DNA of 64,000 nucleotides from an uncultured Acidimicrobiales bacterium (lineage in GTDB: Bacteria > Actinomycetota > Acidimicrobiia > Acidimicrobiales > CAWCAL01). The stretch is taken from contig CAVONU010000004.1 of assembly GCA_963697385.1 (NCBI GenBank), positions 963,915 to 1,027,914 of the forward strand, written 5' to 3'. The position numbers and the translations under genes were made by a program. Shown here piece after piece: positions 18,504-28,454 of the stretch (positions are counted from its first letter, which is position 1; every line of letters begins with the position of its first letter). The notes under the pieces are model-generated. The model was not told the origin of the DNA, searched no databases, and worked only from the letters and a program-made list of their open reading frames with translations.

Positions 18504-19163
18504 ATGCATATTGGAGTCTTGGGAGGAACCGGTCCCGCCGGAAGTGGCCTCGCCGCTCGGCTGGCGTCCGTCGGATTCGAGGTCGTGATCGGCTCGCGGT
18601 CGAAGTACCGGGCCATGGAGAAGGTCGACACGCTCCACGCCAAGTGGGAGGGGCGTGAGCTCCCTCTCGTCGGGGGTGACAACGAGCACGCCGCCGCCTG
18701 CGACGTGGTCGTCATCGCCACCCCGTGGGATTCCGCCGCCTCGACCGCGCTCGGGCTCGAGCGCAGTCTTCGGGGCAAGGTCGTCATCTCGATGGCCAAC
18801 GCTCTGGCCAAGGTGGGCGACGAGTTCCAGCCGCTGGTCCCGCCGCGGGGATCGGTGGCCGGCAACGTCCAGGCCGCGGTTCCCCGCTCGAGGGTGGCGG
18901 CAGCGTTCCACCACGTGCCGGCCCGTGAGCTGGGCAAGATCGACGAACCGGTGGAGAGCGACGTGCTCGTGTGCTCCGATCACCCGTCCGCCACCGAGGC
19001 GACGGCCGAGATCGTGGGCAAGATCCCCAACATGCGCCCGCTCGACTCGGGTGGCCTGTCCAACGCCGCGCCGATCGAGGCGTTCGCCGCGGTCCTCCTG
19101 CAGCTCAACGTGCGGTACAAGACGCGCGCCGCGGTCAAGTTCACCGGTCTCGACGACATCTGA
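18504..19163 (+). CDS. npdG: NADPH-dependent F420 reductase
   Basis: ATG 18504. MHIGVLGGTGPAGSGLAARLASVGFEVVIGSR Rossmann start and overall NpdG/FNO-like layout. Confidence 0.75.
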   Translation: MHIGVLGGTGPAGSGLAARLASVGFEVVIGSRSKYRAMEKVDTLHAKWEGRELPLVGGDNEHAAACDVVVIATPWDSAASTALGLERSLRGKVVISMANALAKVGDEFQPLVPPRGSVAGNVQAAVPRSRVAAAFHHVPARELGKIDEPVESDVLVCSDHPSATEATAEIVGKIPNMRPLDSGGLSNAAPIEAFAAVLLQLNVRYKTRAAVKFTGLDDI

Positions 19164-19203
19164 CCGACCGGCCCCTTCCGGCGCACCGATAGGGTCGGTT
19201 CCC

Positions 19204-20322
19204 ATGCGTCTGTTCGACACGGCACGTCAAGCCGTCGTCCCGTTCGAGCCGGGGCCCATCGTCACGATCTACACGTGCGGCATCACCCCGTACGACGCCA
19301 CCCACATGGGCCACGCCGCGGTCTACCTCACCTACGACGTGCTCCAGCGACGCCTGCGCGATCTCGGCCACGAGACGCGGTGCGTCCGCAACGTCACCGA
19401 CGTCGACGACGACCTGCTCCGCAAGGCCCGGGAGCTCGGGGTCCACTATCTCGATCTGGCCGCCGCCGAGACGGCCCGATTCGACGACGACATGGCCGCC
19501 CTCGACATGCTGCCGTCGTGGAGCGAGCCGCGGGCCACCTCGGCCATCAGCGACATCCGCGGCTTCATCGGCATGGTCCTCGACCGGGGCCATGCCTACG
19601 AGTCCGGCGGTGCCGTCTACTTCGACGTCGGCAGCTTCGACTCGTTCGGCACGGTCAGCCATCTGGACCGTGCGACCATGCTGACCCTGGCGGCCGAGCG
19701 CGGCGGCCACCCCGACGATCCGAACAAGCGGGATCCCCTGGACTTCGTGCTCTGGCAGCCGTCGGCGCCCGACGAGCCGTCGTGGGACTCGCTCTGGGGA
19801 CCGGGGCGGCCGGGGTGGCACATCGAGTGCTCCGCCCTGGCCATGCGGGAGCTGGACACGACGATCGACCTCCACGGCGGCGGGGCCGACCTGATCTTCC
19901 CCCACCACGAGTGTGAGCGAGCCCAGAGCGAGGCGGCGACCGGCGAGCCCTTCGTCCGGCACTGGATGCACCAGGCCATGGTCCGGATGGACGGCGAGAA
20001 GATGTCCAAGTCGTTGGGCAACCTGGTCTTCGTCTCCGACCTGCGGCTGGAGCACGATCCCCGGGCGATCAGGCTGACGGCGGTGGCGAACCACTACCGC
20101 TCCGAGTGGGAATGGACCGACGATGCCATGCCCCGAGCCGAGGCCCGGCTGCGGGCCTGGACCGAGACGGGAGCCGGCGACGCCGCGCTCGAGGATGTGC
20201 GCGCCGCGCTCGACGACGACCTCGACACGCCGACTGCGGTCGCCGCCGTCGACGCTGCCGCCGCGGCCGGTCACGGTGTGGCCGCGGCCGCGGCACTGCT
20301 CGGCGTCGATACCCTGAGCTGA
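19204..20322 (+). CDS. mshC: cysteine:1D-myo-inosityl 2-amino-2-deoxy-alpha-D-glucopyranoside ligase (CysRS paralog)
   Basis: ATG 19204. CGITPYDATHMGHAA, NVTDVDD, ERGGHPDDPNKRDPLDFVLW, GPGRPGWHIECSA, GGGADLIFPHHE, KMSKSLGNLV. 372 aa, lacking the CysRS anticodon-binding tail, as in MshC. Confidence 0.75.
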   Translation: MRLFDTARQAVVPFEPGPIVTIYTCGITPYDATHMGHAAVYLTYDVLQRRLRDLGHETRCVRNVTDVDDDLLRKARELGVHYLDLAAAETARFDDDMAALDMLPSWSEPRATSAISDIRGFIGMVLDRGHAYESGGAVYFDVGSFDSFGTVSHLDRATMLTLAAERGGHPDDPNKRDPLDFVLWQPSAPDEPSWDSLWGPGRPGWHIECSALAMRELDTTIDLHGGGADLIFPHHECERAQSEAATGEPFVRHWMHQAMVRMDGEKMSKSLGNLVFVSDLRLEHDPRAIRLTAVANHYRSEWEWTDDAMPRAEARLRAWTETGAGDAALEDVRAALDDDLDTPTAVAAVDAAAAAGHGVAAAAALLGVDTLS

Positions 20323-20426
20323 CTCCGCCGCAAAGAATTCGCTCGAAGCACTCCCGAAGATCGCCCCGGTCGTGCACAATGAGCGGTGACGGGGGAGACA
20401 GGGACACAAGGGGAGAGGGGGACAAC

Positions 20427-21242
20427 GTGGGTCGACAGTACGGACAGCTCTACGGCGTGGCGATGAGCACGCTGAGGCCGGTGTTCAACTTCTTCTGGCG
20501 GTTCCGCGTCGAGGGTCTCGAGAACGTCCCGACGTCGGGTCCGGCCATCATGGCGCCCAATCACACGTCGGTCCTCGACTCGTTCTTCCTGCCAGCCGTG
20601 CTGCCTCGACGGATCACCTACGTCGGGAAGGCCGAGTACATGGACGACTGGAAGACCAAGCACCTCTTTCCGGCGCTCGGCATGATCCCGATCGATCGCG
20701 GCGGCGGTGACGCGGCCGAGCGGGCGCTGTCGGCGGCCCAGGGCGTCCTCGAGGACGGCGAGTTGTTCGGCATCTACCCGGAGGGCACCCGATCCCGCTC
20801 CGGTGACCTCCACCGCGGCCACACCGGCCCGGCCCGACTGGCCCTGCGCACCGGCGCGCCGATCGTGCCGGTCGGGCTGAGCGGCATGGTCGACATCCAA
20901 CCACCCGACGCCAAGGTGCCCCGCCCGTTCCGTACCGCCCACATCAAGATCGGCAAACCCATCGACGTCGAGCGGTACCGCGACCGGGCCGACGACCGCC
21001 TCGTCCTGCGGCAGATCATCGACGAGGTGATGTTCTCGATCCGTGACCTCTCCGGGCAGACCTACGTCGACAGCTACGCGACCAAGAAGGCCGAGCCGGT
21101 GCCCACGCCGGTCGCGGCGACGGCCGGCACGAACGGCGACGGCGAACCGGCGCCCACCGAGATCGTGATCGAGCCCGACCTCGCGGCCGAGGATTCGTCC
21201 GCCTCGGTGCTCGTCATGCGGCCGCTGGAGCTGGCGGTCTAG
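20427..21242 (+). CDS. 1-acyl-sn-glycerol-3-phosphate acyltransferase family protein
   Basis: GTG 20427 preceded by a GGGGAGAGGGGGA RBS-like run. HX4D motif NHTSVLD and YPEGTRS. Confidence 0.85.
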   Translation: MGRQYGQLYGVAMSTLRPVFNFFWRFRVEGLENVPTSGPAIMAPNHTSVLDSFFLPAVLPRRITYVGKAEYMDDWKTKHLFPALGMIPIDRGGGDAAERALSAAQGVLEDGELFGIYPEGTRSRSGDLHRGHTGPARLALRTGAPIVPVGLSGMVDIQPPDAKVPRPFRTAHIKIGKPIDVERYRDRADDRLVLRQIIDEVMFSIRDLSGQTYVDSYATKKAEPVPTPVAATAGTNGDGEPAPTEIVIEPDLAAEDSSASVLVMRPLELAV

Positions 21243-21308
21243 CCCTCGGACCTCCTCGCGGGTAATGCCACCGGGCCGGTGGTCCCGCCCCGGTACGCTC
21301 GTCGGCCT

Positions 21309-23252
21309 ATGGCCGACATCACCGTGACGCTGCCCGACGGATCCGAGCGCTCCCTCCCCGACGGCTCCACCGCGGGAGACCTGGCGGCCGAGATCGGGCC
21401 GGGCCTGGCCAAGGCGGCACTGATCGCCGTGGTCGACGATGAGCAGGTCGACCTGGACCGACCGCTGCCCGGCGGCGCCACGGTCGAACTGGTCACCGAT
21501 CGCACCGATCTGGGCGTCGAGACCCTGCGACACTCCACGGCCCACGTGTTGGCCCAGGCGGTGCTCGACCTGTGGCCGGGGGCCACCTTCGCCATCGGAC
21601 CGCCGATCGAGAACGGCTTCTACTACGACTTCGATCTGCCCGACGGGGCCACGTTCTCCGATGGCGATCTGGAGCGCATCGACGCTCGCATGCGAGAGAT
21701 CATCGATGCCGACCAGGCGTTCGAGCGGGGCGAGGCGACGGCGGCCGAAGGGCTGGAGCTGTTCGCCGACCACCCCTACAAGCGCGAGATCATCGAGAAG
21801 GTGGACGACTCCGAGGTGGGCGGCGACGGATCGGTCTCCTACTACCGCAACGGCGAGGGATTCGTCGATCTGTGTCGGGGACCCCACGTCCCATCGACCG
21901 GCCGGCTGGGTCACTTCGCGCTCCAACACGTGGCGGGCGCCTACTGGCGAGGCGACGAGAAGCGCCCCATGCTCCAGCGCATCTACGGCACGGCCTGGGC
22001 CACCAAGAAGGACCTGAAGGGCCACCTCCACCGGCTGGCCGAGGCCGAGAAGCGGGACCATCGGCGCCTCGTGGCCGAGCTGGACCTGCTGTCGTGGCCC
22101 GAGGAGCTGGGTCCCGGGCTGGCGGTGTGGCATCCCAAGGGGGCCACCGTCCGCCGCATCATCGAGGATTACGCCCGCGACCGGCACGAGCGTGGCGGGT
22201 ACGACTTCGTCTTCAGCCCCCACATCGCCAAGTCGGTCCTGTGGGAGACCAGCGGGCACCTCGACTTCTACGCCGACGGCATGTACCCGCCCATGGAGAT
22301 GGACGGCGCCACCTACTACCCGAAACCCATGAACTGCCCGTTCCACGTGATGGTCTACCGCAGCCGGCAGCGGTCCTATCGCGACCTGCCCCTGCGCATG
22401 TTCGAGCTGGGCACGGTCTACCGGTACGAGCTGTCCGGAGCGGTGCACGGGTTGCTGCGGGCGCGTGGGTTCACCCAGGACGACAGCCACATCTTCTGCA
22501 CCCGCGAGCAGATCGCCGACGAGCTGGCGTCGCTGCTCGAGTTCGTCCTGTCGGTCCTGCGGGCGTTCGGGTTCGACGAGTTCTACGCCCGGCTGGCCAC
22601 CAAGCCTCCCGAGAAGTCCGTCGGTGACGACTCCCAGTGGGACGAGGCCATCGCCGGGCTCCGCCACGCGCTCGATGTGGCCGGACTCGACTTCGAGCTG
22701 GACGAGGGCGGGGGCGCGTTCTACGGACCCAAGATCGACGTCGACGTGACCGACGCCATCGGGCGACGCTGGCAGCTGTCCACCCTCCAACTCGACTTCA
22801 ACCTGCCCGAGCGGTTCGGGATCGACTACGTCGGCGCCGACGGTGAGCACCACCGCCCCGTCATGATCCACCGCGCCCTGCTGGGTTCGCTCGAACGGTT
22901 CTTCGGCGTGCTGATCGAGCACTACGCCGGCGCCCTGCCGACGTGGTTGGCCCCGGTCCAGGCCCGCGTCCTGCCCGTGGCGGCCGACCACCAGGACTAC
23001 GCCGACGAGGTGGTGGCGCGACTCCGGTCCGCCGGCGTTCGGGCGGACGCCGTGGTGGCCACCGAGCCGCTGGGCAAGCGGATCCGCAACGCCAAGATCG
23101 AGAAGCTCCCGTACGTGCTGGTCGTCGGCGACGACGATGTCGCTGCCACGACCCTCGGGGTGAATCCCCGTGGCGGCCAGGTCGAGCGCGACGTACCGCT
23201 GGAGACCTTCGTCGAGCAGATCGTGGCCGAGTCGCAACCCGACCGGGGCTGA
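21309..23252 (+). CDS. thrS: threonine--tRNA ligase
   Basis: TGS-domain start MADITVTLPDGSER. RHSTAHVLAQA, class II motifs (FRDYPLRM-like YRDLPLRMFELGTVYRYE; QDDSHIF), anticodon-binding tail. Confidence 0.95.
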   Translation: MADITVTLPDGSERSLPDGSTAGDLAAEIGPGLAKAALIAVVDDEQVDLDRPLPGGATVELVTDRTDLGVETLRHSTAHVLAQAVLDLWPGATFAIGPPIENGFYYDFDLPDGATFSDGDLERIDARMREIIDADQAFERGEATAAEGLELFADHPYKREIIEKVDDSEVGGDGSVSYYRNGEGFVDLCRGPHVPSTGRLGHFALQHVAGAYWRGDEKRPMLQRIYGTAWATKKDLKGHLHRLAEAEKRDHRRLVAELDLLSWPEELGPGLAVWHPKGATVRRIIEDYARDRHERGGYDFVFSPHIAKSVLWETSGHLDFYADGMYPPMEMDGATYYPKPMNCPFHVMVYRSRQRSYRDLPLRMFELGTVYRYELSGAVHGLLRARGFTQDDSHIFCTREQIADELASLLEFVLSVLRAFGFDEFYARLATKPPEKSVGDDSQWDEAIAGLRHALDVAGLDFELDEGGGAFYGPKIDVDVTDAIGRRWQLSTLQLDFNLPERFGIDYVGADGEHHRPVMIHRALLGSLERFFGVLIEHYAGALPTWLAPVQARVLPVAADHQDYADEVVARLRSAGVRADAVVATEPLGKRIRNAKIEKLPYVLVVGDDDVAATTLGVNPRGGQVERDVPLETFVEQIVAESQPDRG

Positions 23253-23253
23253 C

Positions 23254-23796
23254 ATGGCCGACGCCTCGTCCCCGTCCGCCGGCGCCGGCATCCAGCGGCT
23301 CTGGGCCGGCTGGCGCATTCCCTACATCGAAGACGGGGGCGCACCGGCCATCGATCGACCCGACGGCATGACGCTGTTCGAGTCGATCCTCCACTCGGGG
23401 TTGCCCGACGAGGAGACCTACGTCGTCTGGCGGGGTCGGTCCTGCTTCGCGCTGCTCAACGCCTTCCCCTACACCAATGGCCACATGATGGTGCTGCCCC
23501 AACGCGGTGTCGCTCGGCTCGACGACCTGACCGCCGACGAGTTCGACGAGCTCTGGGCCGGTGTGCGCGACGGGGTGGCAGCGCTCGAGCGTGCCTATGC
23601 CCCGGACGGGGTCAATGTCGGGCTGAACCTGGGCGAGGGCTCGGGTGCGGGGGTGCCCGATCACCTGCACGTGCACGTGCTTCCCCGCTGGCAGGGCGAC
23701 ACGAACTTCACGGTGACCGTGGCCGAGACCAAGGTGCTGCCCGAAGCGCTCGACGCCAGCTGGTCCCGGGTGTCCGGAGCCTGGCCGGCGCAGTGA
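23254..23796 (+). CDS. HIT family protein (Ap4A phosphorylase/GalT-like, Rv2613c-like)
   Basis: ATG 23254. NAFPYTNGHMMVLP and histidine triad HLHVHVLPRW. Position directly after thrS, as in mycobacteria. Confidence 0.85.
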   Translation: MADASSPSAGAGIQRLWAGWRIPYIEDGGAPAIDRPDGMTLFESILHSGLPDEETYVVWRGRSCFALLNAFPYTNGHMMVLPQRGVARLDDLTADEFDELWAGVRDGVAALERAYAPDGVNVGLNLGEGSGAGVPDHLHVHVLPRWQGDTNFTVTVAETKVLPEALDASWSRVSGAWPAQ

Positions 23797-23835
23797 GGTC
23801 GGCGGGAGCGTGGTCCCGGAAGTAGCCTCGGCGCC

Positions 23836-24420
23836 GTGAGTCCCGAGCCCTTCTTCACCGACGACGCCGACGATGACGCCGGCGAGACCGTCGATGACGG
23901 GGCCGCGGCGGTCGACGAGTCCACCGTCGAGGAGGGTGACGTCCTTCCTGCCGAGCTCGATCCGCGGCAGGTCACCGGTCCGTACGAGTTCCCCGACAAC
24001 AGCCGGCGGCGCATCCCCGGCCTGATCTACCTCGTCATGGCGGGGATCTGCGCCATTCTCTGGCTGCTGGCCGACGGCGATTCGCCACTCGTCAACGACG
24101 GGATCCTGTGGGCGGCCGGCGTGCTCACGGTGGTCGGCCTGTACCACCTGATCGCCGGCTGGAAGCTGGGGGTGGACGAGGGGGAGGCGCTCGTCGCGGC
24201 CACGCGCCGGGTCGGGTTCCCCGTGGGGCATGCGTCGGCGCAGATGGGGTGGCGGGGCTATCTGTCCAAGCCCACCTGGCGGATCCTGCTCTACTCGGCC
24301 GACGAGCCACCCTCGCAGCGGGGGCTGGTCCTCGTCGACGGGCAGGACGGCGACATCATCGACTGGATCGTCGAGGACAACCCCGAGGACTGGAGTGAAT
24401 TCGTCTCGTCTGCCGACTGA
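23836..24420 (+). CDS. hypothetical membrane protein (acidic N-terminus, two predicted TM helices)
   Basis: ORF with protein-like composition. GLIYLVMAGICAILWLL and ILWAAGVLTVVGLYHLIAGW hydrophobic helices. No recognisable family. Confidence 0.55.
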   Translation: MSPEPFFTDDADDDAGETVDDGAAAVDESTVEEGDVLPAELDPRQVTGPYEFPDNSRRRIPGLIYLVMAGICAILWLLADGDSPLVNDGILWAAGVLTVVGLYHLIAGWKLGVDEGEALVAATRRVGFPVGHASAQMGWRGYLSKPTWRILLYSADEPPSQRGLVLVDGQDGDIIDWIVEDNPEDWSEFVSSAD

Positions 24421-24434
24421 CGAGATCCCGGTGG

Positions 24435-24956
24435 TCAGCCGATCGAGCGCAGCCGGTCCACCGCCGACCGGACCGCTTCGCTGACGAGGGTGACGGCGCT
24501 GATCGAGCCGCCGCCGGCGACCGGGCCGGACTTGGCCCACTCCCGGGCGTCGGCCGACTCGACGAGTGCGGCGTAGGCGGTGGCCTCCTGCTCCAAGAGC
24601 GTGACCGCGTCGTCCACGGTCAGTCCGGGCGGCACGTCCCATTCCCGGGATCGGCGGTCGAGCACGCCCGGATGCAGCGGCGTGGACGCCCCGCTGAGGA
24701 CGGCCGTCGTCGCCTGGTGGAACAACGTCAGTTCGGCGGTCGTCGCCGCCACCTGCTCGAGCGGACTGGTGCCGTCGGGCCCCACGTGGTCGGCTCGGGC
24801 CTCGATCGCATCCGTCGGCGCCGCCGCGTCGTCGGCGTCGGCACCATCGTGCGCGCCCGGGCCGGCGGCGCGGGCGATGGCCTCACCGAAGCGACGGGGG
24901 AGGGAGCGAAGCGCCACGGCGGCGTCCGCCGGGGCGAGGTCGGGCTGATCGGTCAT
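24435..24956 (-). CDS. hypothetical protein
   Basis: ATG 24956 (MTDQPDL...). Non-repetitive composition, and the only coherent frame in this interval. Family not recognised. Confidence 0.45.
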   Translation of the reverse strand: MTDQPDLAPADAAVALRSLPRRFGEAIARAAGPGAHDGADADDAAAPTDAIEARADHVGPDGTSPLEQVAATTAELTLFHQATTAVLSGASTPLHPGVLDRRSREWDVPPGLTVDDAVTLLEQEATAYAALVESADAREWAKSGPVAGGGSISAVTLVSEAVRSAVDRLRSIG

Positions 24957-25106
24957 GGTCGGCCACGCTATCCGGCTCCCCAATGGGCGTGCCCAGGTCG
25001 GTCCGACCGCGTGCCGAGCGGTCCGTGTCCCTACACTGGGGGCCGCACTGCGCTATGCTCGCGAGAGTTAGCAATTGATCGCGACACATTCTCACCTGGA
25101 GACGAC

Positions 25107-25796
25107 ATGCTCGACGGCCGCTGGAAGACCAACATCGAAGCCGGCCTCAAGCCGGTTGGTCGAAGCATCCGTCGCGCCGGGATCCGGGCCGACCACCTGA
25201 CCGCGCTGGGCATCGTGATGGCCACGGCCGCAGCGGTGGTCATCGGCAACGGGTGGCTGACGCTCGGGTTCGTGCTCCTGGTCGCCACCGGGATCCCCGA
25301 CGCACTCGACGGCGCGGTCGCCAAGGCCTCGGGCACCACCGGGCCGCGCGGCGCGTTCTTCGATTCGGTCTCGGACCGCCTCACCGACGCCCTGCTCTTC
25401 GGCGGGGTGTCCTGGTACCTCCTCAGCAACTTCGACGGCCGCATCGGCCTGCTGCCCATGGCGGTGTACGCGGCGGCCAGCCTCGTCTCCTACCAGCGGG
25501 CCAAGGCCGAGGCGCTCGGGTTCGAGGCCAAGGGCGGCATCATGGAGCGGGCCGAACGGTTCGTCTTCCTGGGGTTCGGGCTGCTGTTCAATCACCTGCT
25601 CATCGCGACGCTCTGGGTGATGTTCGTCCTCACGGCGTTCACGGCCGTGCAACGCTTCGTCAAGGTGTGGCGTCAGGCCGAACGGCCCCAGGCGCCGACC
25701 CGCCCGGCCCGGCCCCGACGTCGCGAGCGCGTGCCGCGTACGACCCGCCGATGGACCGGTCGGCAGAGCCAGCAGCGTTCCTCCCAGGGCAACTGA
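25107..25796 (+). CDS. pgsA: CDP-alcohol phosphatidyltransferase (phosphatidylinositol-phosphate synthase type)
   Basis: ATG 25107. CDP-OH transferase motif DALDGAVAK-x8-GAFFDSVSDRLTD. Multi-TM. Synteny with Rv2612c. Confidence 0.85.
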   Translation: MLDGRWKTNIEAGLKPVGRSIRRAGIRADHLTALGIVMATAAAVVIGNGWLTLGFVLLVATGIPDALDGAVAKASGTTGPRGAFFDSVSDRLTDALLFGGVSWYLLSNFDGRIGLLPMAVYAAASLVSYQRAKAEALGFEAKGGIMERAERFVFLGFGLLFNHLLIATLWVMFVLTAFTAVQRFVKVWRQAERPQAPTRPARPRRRERVPRTTRRWTGRQSQQRSSQGN

Positions 25797-25805
25797 CCGC
25801 GGGCC

Positions 25806-26702
25806 ATGGCCCCGCCGGTGTACTGGGCGTACCGGGGTGGGGCCGCCGTCATCCGACGGCTCCCCCCGCCCGTCACCCAGGTTCTGGCCCGGGGCGCAGC
25901 AACGGGCGCCAAGTACGCATCCCCTGAACGGCGTCGGATCGTCGCGCGGAACCTTCAACGCGTGTACGGGCCCGACTACGGCGGCGCCGAGCTCGAGCGG
26001 TCGGTCCAGCAGACCTTCGAGTCCTACGCCCGTTACTGGGCCGAGTCGTTCCGGCTGCCGTCGCTCTCCAAGGCCCAGCTCGAGGCGGGCTTCACGTTCA
26101 CGGGCTACGAGCACATCGCCGAGTGTCGCGACCGCGGGCTGGGCCCCATCCTCGCCCTGCCCCACCTGGGCGGGTGGGAGTGGGCCGCGTTCTACGTGAC
26201 CGAGGTGCTCGGCATCCCCTGCACCGCCGTGGTCGAGCGGCTCGATCCGCCCGAGCTGTTCGAGTGGTTCGCCGACTACCGCCGCTCGATCGGCCTCAAC
26301 GTGGTCCCGGTGGGACCCACTGCGGCCGCCGAGGTCGCCCGGGCCGTGAAGGACCGCCACGTCGTGTGCCTGCTCAGCGACCGCGACATCACCGAGCACG
26401 GCGTCGAGGTGGACTTCTTCGGCGAGCGGACGACCCTGCCGGCCGGTCCGGCGCTGCTGGCGCTCCGCACCGGAACCAGCCTGATGCCCGCCGCGATCTA
26501 CTTCCGTGGCGCACTGCGCCACGCCGAGTTGTGCGCCCCTCTCGAGGTGGAACGCCGGGGCCGTTTGCGGGACGACGTGGCTCGGGTCACCCAGGACATG
26601 GCGCACGCGCTCGAGGAGCTGATCCGAGCCGAGCCCGAGCAGTGGCACCTCATGCAGCCCAACTGGCCGTCCGATCATCGGGCCGTCGGATCGGAACGGT
26701 AG
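25806..26702 (+). CDS. phosphatidylinositol mannoside acyltransferase (LpxL/HtrB family, PatA-like)
   Basis: LALPHLGGWEWAA (HX4E/D motif), LLSDRD, TLPAGPALLALRTG. Position between pgsA and pimA, as for Rv2611c. Confidence 0.8.
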   Translation: MAPPVYWAYRGGAAVIRRLPPPVTQVLARGAATGAKYASPERRRIVARNLQRVYGPDYGGAELERSVQQTFESYARYWAESFRLPSLSKAQLEAGFTFTGYEHIAECRDRGLGPILALPHLGGWEWAAFYVTEVLGIPCTAVVERLDPPELFEWFADYRRSIGLNVVPVGPTAAAEVARAVKDRHVVCLLSDRDITEHGVEVDFFGERTTLPAGPALLALRTGTSLMPAAIYFRGALRHAELCAPLEVERRGRLRDDVARVTQDMAHALEELIRAEPEQWHLMQPNWPSDHRAVGSER

Positions 26703-26736
26703 GGCCTCGACCGCTCGACATCGGTAGTCTGTGCTC

Positions 26737-27804
26737 ATGCGCATCGGGCTCGTCTGTCCCTACAGCCTGACCATTCCCGGCGGCGTCCAGGGGCAGGTGC
26801 TGGGCATGGCGCGCGCCATGCGCGGCCTCGGGAACGACGTGCGGGTGCTCGCGCCGTGCGACGGCCCGCCGCCCGAGTCGGGCATCACCCCGCTGGGCAA
26901 TTCCATTCCCACCGCCGCCAACGGCTCGGTGGCCCCGCTCGCTCCCGACCCGGCCGCCCAGCTGCGGGTCATCAGGGCCTTGAACGACGAGCAGTTCGAC
27001 GTCGTGCACGTCCATGAGCCGATGGCACCCGGTCCCGGCATGACCTCGCTGTTCGTCAAGACGGCCCCGATCGTCGCCACGTTCCATGCCGCCGGCCGCA
27101 TCGACCTCTACGACCGCGCCCGTTCCGTGTTGCGCCGGATCGCCCGCGGGATCGACGTGCGGTGCGCGGTGTCGCCCGAGGCCGAGGACATGGCCAAGAG
27201 TGTGGTGGGCGGTGAGTTCCGGCTCGTCTTCAACGGTGTCGAGGTGGATCGCTACGCCAAGGCCACCCCCGCACCGACCGACGGACGGACGATCTTCTTC
27301 ATCGGCCGGCACGAGCCGCGCAAGGGGCTCCAGGTGCTCCTCGAGGCGATGACGCACCTGCCGGGCGACGTCCGCCTCTGGGTGGCCGGATCGGGTCCCG
27401 ACACCGCGACCCTGCAGCGCCGGTGGAGCCACGAGCCGCGCATCGAATGGCTGGGTCAGATCTCCGATGCCGAGAAGCGGGCCCGCCTGGCCGGCGCCGA
27501 TGTCTTCTGCGCCCCGTCGTTGGGGGGCGAATCGTTCGGTGTCGTGTTGTTGGAGGGGATGGCGGCCCACACGCCGGTGGTCGCCAGCGATCTCGCCGGC
27601 TACCGCAACGTGGCCACGGACGGCACCGACGCCATCCTGGTCCCACCCTCGGATCCCGAGGCGCTGGCGGCGGCGATCGGCTCGGTCTTGGAGGATGCAT
27701 CGGTGGCGGCGTCGCTGATCGCCGGAGGCGAGCTGCGGGCCGCCGAGCTGTCCATGGAGAACCTGGCTCGGCTCTACCTCGACATCTACGCCGATCTGGC
27801 CTGA
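26737..27804 (+). CDS. pimA: GDP-mannose-dependent phosphatidylinositol alpha-mannosyltransferase (GT4)
   Basis: MRIGLVCPYSLTIPGGVQGQV, FDVVHVHEP, FIGRHEPRKG, FCAPSLGGESFGVVLLEGMAA closely track M. tuberculosis PimA as I recall it. Confidence 0.85.
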   Translation: MRIGLVCPYSLTIPGGVQGQVLGMARAMRGLGNDVRVLAPCDGPPPESGITPLGNSIPTAANGSVAPLAPDPAAQLRVIRALNDEQFDVVHVHEPMAPGPGMTSLFVKTAPIVATFHAAGRIDLYDRARSVLRRIARGIDVRCAVSPEAEDMAKSVVGGEFRLVFNGVEVDRYAKATPAPTDGRTIFFIGRHEPRKGLQVLLEAMTHLPGDVRLWVAGSGPDTATLQRRWSHEPRIEWLGQISDAEKRARLAGADVFCAPSLGGESFGVVLLEGMAAHTPVVASDLAGYRNVATDGTDAILVPPSDPEALAAAIGSVLEDASVAASLIAGGELRAAELSMENLARLYLDIYADLA

Positions 27805-27849
27805 CCCGCCGCCAGGCGTCCACCGGCGGGGTCCCATAGACTCGCCCGC

Positions 27850-28401
27850 ATGTGGATCTTCATCATCCTCCTGCTCGTCGTCGTCCTGGTGGTCGGCGGC
27901 GGCATCCTGCTCTACAACGGTCTGGTCAGCCAGCGCAACAAGATCGAGGGCGCATGGGCGCAGATCGACGTGCAGCTGAAGCGGCGCTACGACCTGATTC
28001 CCAACCTGGTCGAGACGGTCAAGGGCTATGCCTCACACGAGAAGGAGACCCTCGACGCCGTCATCACCGCCCGCAACGCGGGGATGACCGCCGATGGGGC
28101 CCACGATCAGGCCGAGGCCGAGAACATGCTGACCGGTGCGCTCAAGTCGGTGTTCGCCCTCAGCGAGGCCTACCCGGATCTCAAGGCCAACCAGAACTTC
28201 CTCAATCTCCAGGAAGAGCTGACCGGCACCGAGGGTCGGATCGCCTACGCCCGCCAGTTCTACAACGACGCCGTCCGGACCTACAACACCCGGATCGAGA
28301 CCTTTCCGGGCAACCTCGTCGCCGGGAGCTTCAACTTCGGGCCCCGGGAGTACTTCGAGGTCGACGGCGACGCTCGCGGTCCCGTGAACGTCGAGTTCTA
28401 G
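27850..28401 (+). CDS. LemA family protein
   Basis: N-terminal TM, then YNGLVSQRNKIEGAWAQIDVQLKRRYDLIPNLVETVKGYASHEKETL and YNTRIETFPGNLVA. Confidence 0.9.
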   Translation: MWIFIILLLVVVLVVGGGILLYNGLVSQRNKIEGAWAQIDVQLKRRYDLIPNLVETVKGYASHEKETLDAVITARNAGMTADGAHDQAEAENMLTGALKSVFALSEAYPDLKANQNFLNLQEELTGTEGRIAYARQFYNDAVRTYNTRIETFPGNLVAGSFNFGPREYFEVDGDARGPVNVEF

Positions 28402-28454
28402 GCCCACCGCGCGTCACACACCCCCCCCGGATTCCTCAGCCTCAGGAGGCTCCT

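Noticed and set aside
20271-23318. Very long antisense ORFs. Examples: 1015 aa on the minus strand here; also 591-1778, 16361-18937, 22861-24642, 37234-39417, 49689-51491 and 53405-55636 upstream of 54442.
   Set aside because: They lie opposite well-supported genes (plsC-like, thrS, ruvAB and others). They are Arg/Gly/Pro/Ala-rich with no motifs, and they are the expected stop-poor shadow frames of roughly 70% GC DNA.
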